Assembly (NCBI GenBank): GCA_963667845.2
Contig: CAXXVL010000002.1
Location: forward strand, 128,001 to 192,000
Length of the DNA: 64,000 nt
Direction of reading: 5' to 3'
From: Smithellaceae bacterium
Lineage (GTDB): Bacteria > Desulfobacterota > Syntrophia > Syntrophales > Smithellaceae
The translations under genes were made by a program, and so were the position numbers. The notes under the pieces were generated by a model that made no database searches, had not been told where the DNA came from, and saw nothing but the letters and a program-made list of their open reading frames with translations. This document shows positions 57,534 through 64,000 of the stretch, in pieces; the first letter of the stretch is position 1; every line of letters starts with the position of its first letter.

Positions 57534-59189
57534 ATGAAAGAGGATATGATGAAAATGAATAACGGCTGTCATGACAAAGCGCTGCGAGGCGTTGAAATAC
57601 TTCACGACCCCAGTCTGAATAAGGGAACGGCCTTCACGGCTCTCGAGCGCGACGAGCTGGGCCTGCATGGATTGCTTCCACCGCGCATCTCGTCTCAGAA
57701 GCAGCAGGTCGAACACGTGATGTACAACGTTCGCCGCAAGCCCAACAACCTGGAGAGCTATCTCTATCTGATCGGTTTGCAGGACCGCAATGAACATCTG
57801 TTTTATAAAGCACTCGTGGATCACCTCGAAGAGCTCAGTCCCATCGTCTATACGCCGACTGTGGGCCTGGCCTGCCAGGAATACAGCCATATTTATCGCC
57901 GGCCCCGCGGGCTGTTCATTACCCGGTATGACCGCGGGCATATCAAAGGCGTTCTGAAAAACTGGCCCTGCAAGAATGTCCGCGTTATCGTCGTTACGGA
58001 CGGTGAACGCATCCTGGGCCTGGGTGATCTGGGAACCAACGGAATGGGAATCCCCGTGGGGAAATTGTCACTTTATACGGCCTGCGCCGGCATTGATCCG
58101 CAGGCCTGCCTGCCCGTCATGATCGATGTCGGAACCAACAACAGCGAGTTGTGGAGTGATCCCCAGTATCTCGGGTTGCCGGAGCCCAGGCTGGAAGACG
58201 GCGCCTATGACGAACTGATCGATGAATTCATGGAGGGGGCAAGCGAGATCTTCCCCCACGTGATGATCCAACTCGAGGATTTCGGCAATCGGAATGCTTT
58301 CCGGCTCTTGGCCCGGTATCAGGATCAATACTGCATGTTCGACGATGACATCCAGGGCACCGCCAGTGTCGCCCTGGCCGGACTCTATTCCGCCCTGCGT
58401 ATGATCAAAGGCAAACTGTCCGAGCAGCGGATTTTGTTCTTTGGCGCGGGCGAAGCGGCTCTGGGCATCGGCAGCCTCGTGGCCACCGCAATGGTCAACC
58501 AGGGCCTCTCCGAGGAAGAGGCCGTCGGCCGGTGCTGGTTTGTCGATTCCAAGGGTCTCGTCGTGGCCGGCCGTGAGGATCTCGCCCATCACAAACGTCG
58601 TTTTGCCCATGATTTTCCTTTCCATCGGAATCTGCTGGACGTGGTCGAAGCGATAAAGCCTTCGGCTATCATCGGCGCGTCGGGACAATCCGCAACCTTT
58701 ACGCCGGAGATACTGGCGGCGATGGCCCGCTTAAACGACCGTCCGATTGTCTTTGCACTTTCCAATCCGACCTCTAAGGCGGAGTGCACGGCCGAAGACG
58801 CCTATCTTCATACAGGCGGACGCGCCGTCTTTGCGAGCGGGAGTCCATTCCCGCAGGTGGAGCAAAACGGCCGGACCTTTGTGCCGGGCCAGGCCAATAA
58901 TGTCTATATTTTCCCCGGCGTCGGTCTGGGAGTCATGGCCGCGGAAGCGAACCGGGTGACGGACGAGATGTTCTCCGCGGCAGCCAAGTGTCTCGACGAA
59001 CAGGTATCGAAGGACGACTTTGCCCAGGGGCGGATTTTTCCGTCGCTGACACGGATCCGCGAGGTCTCGGCCGCGATCGCGCTGGCCGTCGCCAAAGTCG
59101 CTTTTGCCCGCAAACTGACAGCGATCGCGGAACCGCCCAATTTGCCAGGCTATATCAGGGCCAAGATGTACGACCCGACCTATCGGTAG
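57534..59189 (+). CDS. maeA: NAD(P)-dependent malic enzyme (MaeA/SfcA type)
   Basis: NKGTAFT, YTPTVG, VTDGERILGLGDLG, EDF, DDIQGT, GAGEAA, LSNPT, GQANN. Start may be 57549 or 57555. Confidence 0.9.
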   Translation: MKEDMMKMNNGCHDKALRGVEILHDPSLNKGTAFTALERDELGLHGLLPPRISSQKQQVEHVMYNVRRKPNNLESYLYLIGLQDRNEHLFYKALVDHLEELSPIVYTPTVGLACQEYSHIYRRPRGLFITRYDRGHIKGVLKNWPCKNVRVIVVTDGERILGLGDLGTNGMGIPVGKLSLYTACAGIDPQACLPVMIDVGTNNSELWSDPQYLGLPEPRLEDGAYDELIDEFMEGASEIFPHVMIQLEDFGNRNAFRLLARYQDQYCMFDDDIQGTASVALAGLYSALRMIKGKLSEQRILFFGAGEAALGIGSLVATAMVNQGLSEEEAVGRCWFVDSKGLVVAGREDLAHHKRRFAHDFPFHRNLLDVVEAIKPSAIIGASGQSATFTPEILAAMARLNDRPIVFALSNPTSKAECTAEDAYLHTGGRAVFASGSPFPQVEQNGRTFVPGQANNVYIFPGVGLGVMAAEANRVTDEMFSAAAKCLDEQVSKDDFAQGRIFPSLTRIREVSAAIALAVAKVAFARKLTAIAEPPNLPGYIRAKMYDPTYR

Positions 59190-59221
59190 TTTCCAAAAAC
59201 AGCAAGGCTCTTGCAGGGAAC

Positions 59222-59238
59222 TGTATACAATAAATACA
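59222..59238. promoter_or_regulatory. Enhancer site TGTATACAATAAATACA
   Basis: 16/17 match to the sites at 26644 and 55887. Confidence 0.7.
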
Positions 59239-59368
59239 TGCAGCGCGCGTCAGTGCAGTTTTGAAAAATGGGGCGCCCAAAACCGCTAGTTGCATAACAT
59301 GCCTATATCATTAATACTTTCAGCATAAACCTTCTGCCGCGAGCAGCTTCTCTGCAAAAAAAACATGA

Positions 59369-59384
59369 TGGCATTGTAATTGCT
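59369..59384 (+). promoter_or_regulatory. Sigma54 -24/-12 promoter of the thiolase-GDH-gcdA operon
   Basis: TGGCATTGTAATTGCT (GG-N10-GC). Confidence 0.8.
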
Positions 59385-59535
59385 ATACATGTTGCACAGG
59401 AAACGAATGCAAAAAAATATAGTCAAACAAATGGATGAAGGGTATAAAGAAACGCGGATTTCCCGTCGTCTTTTCCCTCATCGCAGCATGAGTTGATGAT
59501 TCGTCACTGCTAAAAGAAAAATCGCCGGGGCGGCG

Positions 59536-59689
59536 AATCAACCACCGCGCAGCAAGCTGCGGAGAATTAATGCTCGTCCCGCGTGGGCGGGAATCAGCCA
59601 CCCCGCACCGAACTCGCGAGGTATGAAATGAACGTCATTATTTCGCAGCAAGCTGCGGAGAATTAACGCTCGTCCCGCGTGGGCGGGAT
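59536..59689. repeat. Family B repeat: one internally deleted and one full copy in tandem
   Basis: 59536-59592 (left end fused to the right hairpin) and 59592-59689, matching 24265-24362. Confidence 0.75.
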
Positions 59690-59733
59690 CAAACACAATA
59701 AAAGAGTTCATAAAATTTATAAGAGGTGTGAAT

Positions 59734-61002
59734 ATGGAAAATGTTGTTTTTATCAGTTCGGCGCGTACACCGATCGGTGCGTACGGCGGAGCGCTCAGGG
59801 ATGTTCCGATTTACCGGCTGGGCAGCCTCGTTCTCGCCGAGGCCGTGAAAAAAGCCGGCATCGACCCGGCAACGGTTGATGATGTCATCATGGGCTCGGC
59901 CTACCAGAACGGCGAGTGCGCCAACGGCGCGCGGATGGCCGTCCTGGACGCGGGCTGGGTGGATACCGTACCGGGCGTCATGCTCGACCGGCGCTGCTGC
60001 TCGGGACTGGAATCCATTTTTTACGGGGCCATGAAAATCCAGACGGGCAATGCCGACATCGTCATCGCCGGCGGCATGGAATCGATGAGCCAGGGCGAGC
60101 TCTATATCCCCGGCGACATCAAGTGGGGACTGGGCGGCAAAAACCACGAGAAGTACGGCTTTATGCCCCGCGGGCATGGCGCACTGGCGATGTGGGGGAT
60201 TCCCTTCTATGACCGGCTGCAGCGCGGCCGCGTGATGTCTCAGCCGATCGCCCGCTACGGCGAGTTGAGCTCGATGATGACCTGGGCGGAAACCGCGGCC
60301 AAAAATGAGAAAATCACCCGCGAAGAGGCCGACCGCTGGGCGCTGCGTTCGCATCAGCGCGCCATTCACGCCCAGGACGCGGGCAAGTTTGTAGACGAGA
60401 TCGTACCCATCGCGACGGGCAAGGATAAGAAGACCGGTGAAACGCTTTACCTCAAAACCGACGAAGGACCTCGCCGCGAAACAACGCTCGAAAAACTGGC
60501 TAAGCTCAAACCCGTCTACAAGGGCGGCGTCTGCACGGCCGGCAACTCTTCGTCGGAAAACGACGGTGCGGCGGTGGTGATCATGGCCTCGGAATCCAAA
60601 GCCAAAGCCCTGGGCATCAAGCCGCTGGCTTATTACCGCTCCTGCGCGGTGGCGGCAACGGACCCGACGCTCACCTATCCTGCCGTTCCGGCAGCGGTGG
60701 ATAAAGCCCTGAAGAAAATCGGCGCGACGATCAACCAGATGGACCTCATTGAAGTCCAGGAGGCCTTTGCCGTTCAATGCCTGGCGGATTCGAGACTTGC
60801 CGGTCTTTCCGACGAACAGATGGACGCGAAAGTTAACGTGAATGGATCGGGCATTTCGCTCGGGCATCCGATCGGGGCAACCGGAGCCATGCGGCTCACC
60901 ACGCTGATCAACGAAATGGTGCGCTCCGACAAACGTTTCGGTCTGGAAACCATTTGCGGCGGCGGCGGCCAGGGAATATGTATGGTTATCGAGCGTAAGT
61001 AA
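59734..61002 (+). CDS. Acetyl-CoA C-acyltransferase (thiolase)
   Basis: ARTPIG, DRRCCSGL, TAGNSS, EVQEAFA, LGHPIGATG, TICGGGGQG. Confidence 0.95.
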   Translation: MENVVFISSARTPIGAYGGALRDVPIYRLGSLVLAEAVKKAGIDPATVDDVIMGSAYQNGECANGARMAVLDAGWVDTVPGVMLDRRCCSGLESIFYGAMKIQTGNADIVIAGGMESMSQGELYIPGDIKWGLGGKNHEKYGFMPRGHGALAMWGIPFYDRLQRGRVMSQPIARYGELSSMMTWAETAAKNEKITREEADRWALRSHQRAIHAQDAGKFVDEIVPIATGKDKKTGETLYLKTDEGPRRETTLEKLAKLKPVYKGGVCTAGNSSSENDGAAVVIMASESKAKALGIKPLAYYRSCAVAATDPTLTYPAVPAAVDKALKKIGATINQMDLIEVQEAFAVQCLADSRLAGLSDEQMDAKVNVNGSGISLGHPIGATGAMRLTTLINEMVRSDKRFGLETICGGGGQGICMVIERK

Positions 61003-61010
61003 AATTATTC

Positions 61011-61078
61011 GCAGGAAACGGTCGCGACCGTTCCCTACTACAGATTGCCACGGCGCCTGAGAGGCGCCTCGCAATGAC
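61011..61078. repeat. Two adjacent REP-like palindromes
   Basis: GCAGGAAACGGTCGCGACCGTTCCCTAC (61011-61038; partial match GTAGGAAACGGTC at 14339) and GATTGCCACGGCGCCTGAGAGGCGCCTCGCAATGAC (61043-61078). Confidence 0.55.
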
Positions 61079-61109
61079 AACATAACAACAGTCCAGGAGG
61101 AAAAGGGAT

Positions 61110-62267
61110 ATGGATTTTGCATTAACAGACGAACAAAGAATGATTCAGGATACGGCAAAGAACTTTGCCGAAAAAGAAATCGCACCGCACGTCGAAGAAG
61201 ACGAAAAGAATCATTTCTGGCGTAAGGCAATCTTTGACAAGATGGCCGAACTGGGATTCTTCGGCTTCTGCATCGACGAGAAATACGGCGGGAACGGCAT
61301 GGGCTTTCTCGAAGGTGCGCTGGCCATCGAGCAGATCGCCAAGGTTCATACCTCCTGGCGCATGGCCTTCAACATGCAGTGCTGGGGCCCGGCACTGACA
61401 ATTCAGAAATTCGGCACGGAAGAACAGAAGCAGCAGTACATTCCCAAATTCGTCAACGGCGAATACATCGGCAGCTTTGCCATGACCGAACCCGATATCG
61501 GATCGGATGTCGCCTCGATGAAGACCTTCGCGGAGGACAAAGGAGATTACTACCTTTTAAACGGCAACAAGATGTGGATCACCAACGGCACCGTCTGCAA
61601 CCACGGTCTGCTCTATGTAAAAACAGACAAGGACGCGGGCGCCAACGGTGTGAGCTGCTTCATCATGGACTACAGCCTGCCCGGCATCACGCGCAAAAAG
61701 ATCAACGAGAAAGTCGGCCTCTGGGCGTCCGACACGGCCGAACTGACTTTTGAAGATGTCAAAGTTCCCAAGCATCTTCTCCTAGGAAAACTCAACAAGG
61801 GATTCCAGATCTGCATGACCCAGTTAAACGCGACGCGCCTGGGATGCTCTTCGGGTGCGGTGGGCCTCTCCGGCGCGATCCTCGACGCCTGCGCGAAGTA
61901 CGCAACGGAACGTACCCAGTTCGGCAAGCAGATCGGCCGGTATCAGCTCATTCAGCAGCAGGTCGCCGAGATGAAAATGAACCATGCCGCGGCCCAGGCG
62001 CTGATTTACAAGGCCGCGTGGCTCAAGGACAAGGGACTCCCCAACGTCATGGAAACTTCCATGTCCAAGCTCTTTTCCGCCAAGACCGTCGTCCATGACG
62101 CAAACGAGGCGATGAAGCTCTACGGCTCTTTCGGCTACTCCGACGAATACCCATGCGGCCGCTTCCTGCGTGACTCCAAGCAGTTCGAAACCCTGGAGGG
62201 AACGTCCAACATGCATACGATGATTATCGCCAACGCCGCGATGGGATTTGCCCCGAACCGGGCTTAA
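61110..62267 (+). CDS. Acyl-CoA dehydrogenase, probably glutaryl-CoA dehydrogenase (non-decarboxylating type)
   Basis: ACAD motifs (FAMTEP..GSD, GYSDEY, LEGTSN); Arg in TSWRM at the expected carboxylate-binding position; C-terminal NR; directly upstream of gcdA. Confidence 0.75.
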   Translation: MDFALTDEQRMIQDTAKNFAEKEIAPHVEEDEKNHFWRKAIFDKMAELGFFGFCIDEKYGGNGMGFLEGALAIEQIAKVHTSWRMAFNMQCWGPALTIQKFGTEEQKQQYIPKFVNGEYIGSFAMTEPDIGSDVASMKTFAEDKGDYYLLNGNKMWITNGTVCNHGLLYVKTDKDAGANGVSCFIMDYSLPGITRKKINEKVGLWASDTAELTFEDVKVPKHLLLGKLNKGFQICMTQLNATRLGCSSGAVGLSGAILDACAKYATERTQFGKQIGRYQLIQQQVAEMKMNHAAAQALIYKAAWLKDKGLPNVMETSMSKLFSAKTVVHDANEAMKLYGSFGYSDEYPCGRFLRDSKQFETLEGTSNMHTMIIANAAMGFAPNRA

Positions 62268-62294
62268 TCGATCCACAGTGTGGTTTGAGTATTG

Positions 62295-62327
62295 CAGGCG
62301 CGGCGGCAAAAATTGCCGCCGCGCCTG
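62295..62327. other. Perfect 15-bp GC-rich intergenic hairpin without a U-tract
   Basis: CAGGCGCGGCGGCAA-AAA-TTGCCGCCGCGCCTG. Confidence 0.7.
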
Positions 62328-62378
62328 TTCATCGTTAACGAGATCTCTATTTTATCTTAAAAAATAACGGGAGCGTGT

Positions 62379-64000
62379 ATGAAACAATACTTTGAAAAAA
62401 TGGACCCGCTGGGCAAGCCGCTCACGGCGAAGCAAATCGACGGCATGCAGGAAAACCGCGACAAACTGGAAGAAATCATGCGCACAGTGGATGCGGAGGT
62501 CGAACGGATCAAGAATGTCGGCGTGCCCCTGCAAACGCTGCACGACCGCGGCGAAATGAGCGTGTGGGAACGCATCGAGTACCTGATCGATCCCGGAACC
62601 TTCTGCCCGCTGCACAGCATCTTCGATCCGGATAATGAAGAGTCGGGCAGCACCGGCGTGGTGGACGGACTGGCGCGCATCAACGGCAAATGGTGCGCCC
62701 TGATCGGCTTCAACAACAAGTGGATGGCAGGCGCCTGGATCGCCGGCCAGCCGGACAACAACCTGCGCGTCACAGACATCGCCAAAATTCTGCATATCCC
62801 GCTCGTGTGGCTCGTCAACTGCTCCGGTGTGAAACTGCCCGAGCAGGAAAAAATGTATGCCAACCGCCGCGGCCAGGGCACGTGCTTCTTCCGCCATGCG
62901 GAACTCGAACAGATGGGCATCCCGGTGATCGCCGGTATTTACGGCACCAACCCCGCGGGCGGCGGCTACCAGTCGATCAGCCCGACCATCCTGCTTGCGC
63001 ACAAGAAAGCCAACATGGCCGTGGGCGGAAGCGGGATCGTCAGCGGCATGTCGCCCAAAGGATTCTTTGATGAAGCGGGCGCCGAGGAAATCATTAACGC
63101 CACCCGCCATTTCAAATCCGTCCCGCCCGGCAGTGTCAAAATCCATTACGATGTTACCGGATTTTTCCGCGCCGTCTTCGATGAAGAAAAACAGGTGCTC
63201 GACGCGATCAAGGATTACATGAATGATCTGCCGGCTTACAACCCGCGCTTCTTCCGCGTGGCCAAGCCTGCCGAACCCGCGTATTCCCCCGCGGAGATCG
63301 CCTCGATCATCCCGGTAAACAAGAAACGGGTTTACGATTTTGAACAGGTGCTGGCGCGGTTGGTGGACGGTTCCGAACACCTGGAATTCCGGCCGGGCTA
63401 CGGACCGGAGATGTATTGCGGCCTGGTCAAAGTGGACGGCTATCTGATGGGTGTCATCGGCAACCGCCAGGGCATGCTGCTGAACTATCCCGAATACACC
63501 AACGAGTATATGGGCGTGGGCGGCAAGCTCTACCGCCAGGGACTGATCAAAATGAGCGAATTTGTAACGCTGTGCTCCCGCGATAAAGTGCCGGTGATCT
63601 GGTTTCAGGATACCTCCGGCATCGATGTGGGCGATACGGCGGAAAAGGCGGAGCTCCTCGGCCTGGGGCAGTCGCTCATTTACTCGATTGAGAATTCAAA
63701 ACTGCCGATGATGCTGGTCGTCCTGCGCAAAGGCACGGCGGCGGCGCACTACGTTCTGGGCGGCCCCACGGCGAACAACAACAATGCCTTTTCGCTGGGC
63801 ACCGCCACGACCGAAATCAACGTCATGCACGGCGAGACCGCAGCGGCGGCAAGTTACGCCCGCCGTCTCGTCAAAGAAAAAGACGCGGGAAAACCTTTGC
63901 AGCCCATCATCGATAAGATGAACGAAATGGTCCAGCACTACGACGATACGTCAGGACCGGTTTTCTCAGCCAAGAAAGGTTTTGTCGATGAAATCGTCCG
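62379..64000 (+). CDS. gcdA: Glutaconyl-CoA decarboxylase alpha (carboxyltransferase) subunit; runs off window end
   Basis: Not in ORF track. Hand translation: MKQYFEKMDPLGKPL...NGKWC...AGAW..GQ...NCSGVKLPEQEKMYANRRG...GIYGTNPAGGGY.SISPT...GGKLYRQGLIKM, diagnostic of GcdA. Confidence 0.9.
   Translation, partial: MKQYFEKMDPLGKPLTAKQIDGMQENRDKLEEIMRTVDAEVERIKNVGVPLQTLHDRGEMSVWERIEYLIDPGTFCPLHSIFDPDNEESGSTGVVDGLARINGKWCALIGFNNKWMAGAWIAGQPDNNLRVTDIAKILHIPLVWLVNCSGVKLPEQEKMYANRRGQGTCFFRHAELEQMGIPVIAGIYGTNPAGGGYQSISPTILLAHKKANMAVGGSGIVSGMSPKGFFDEAGAEEIINATRHFKSVPPGSVKIHYDVTGFFRAVFDEEKQVLDAIKDYMNDLPAYNPRFFRVAKPAEPAYSPAEIASIIPVNKKRVYDFEQVLARLVDGSEHLEFRPGYGPEMYCGLVKVDGYLMGVIGNRQGMLLNYPEYTNEYMGVGGKLYRQGLIKMSEFVTLCSRDKVPVIWFQDTSGIDVGDTAEKAELLGLGQSLIYSIENSKLPMMLVVLRKGTAAAHYVLGGPTANNNNAFSLGTATTEINVMHGETAAAASYARRLVKEKDAGKPLQPIIDKMNEMVQHYDDTSGPVFSAKKGFVDEIV

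Noticed and set aside
59536..59689. Possible CRISPR repeats (GCAGCAAGCTGCGGAGAATT)
   Set aside because: The intervening sequence is itself repeated at 24265-24362, so it is not a unique spacer.

Overview
About 64 kb of chromosome from an anaerobic fatty-acid/aromatic-degrading deltaproteobacterium; the gene content suggests Syntrophales (Smithella/Syntrophus-like), which is an inference. Acyl-CoA metabolism dominates: a four-subunit ATP-dependent benzoyl-CoA reductase/2-hydroxyacyl-CoA dehydratase-type cluster, a beta-oxidation operon (fadB-like, satP, prpE-like, ACAD, thiolase), an ADP-forming acyl-CoA ligase/DRTGG/CoA-transferase-GNAT block, methylmalonyl-CoA mutase, acyl-CoA ligases, a stand-alone pyruvate carboxyltransferase with malic enzyme, and thiolase-glutaryl-CoA dehydrogenase-gcdA. 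Also present are two orphan histidine kinases, an M20 peptidase, a WD40-caspase lipoprotein, a MacAB-like exporter, DUF3141 and an AT-rich coaD. The most interesting signal is a sigma54 regulon readable from the DNA. A 17-bp site TGTATA(T/C)AATAAATACA lies 130-145 bp upstream of three -24/-12 promoters. The likely activator is an enhancer-binding protein with no sensor domain. It is followed by an HMG-CoA-lyase homologue lacking the catalytic Cys, present in two copies, which is a candidate pseudo-enzyme sensor. Several intergenic repeat families and two gene-fragment scars are visible. No rRNA, tRNA, CRISPR array, integrase or transposase was recognised.
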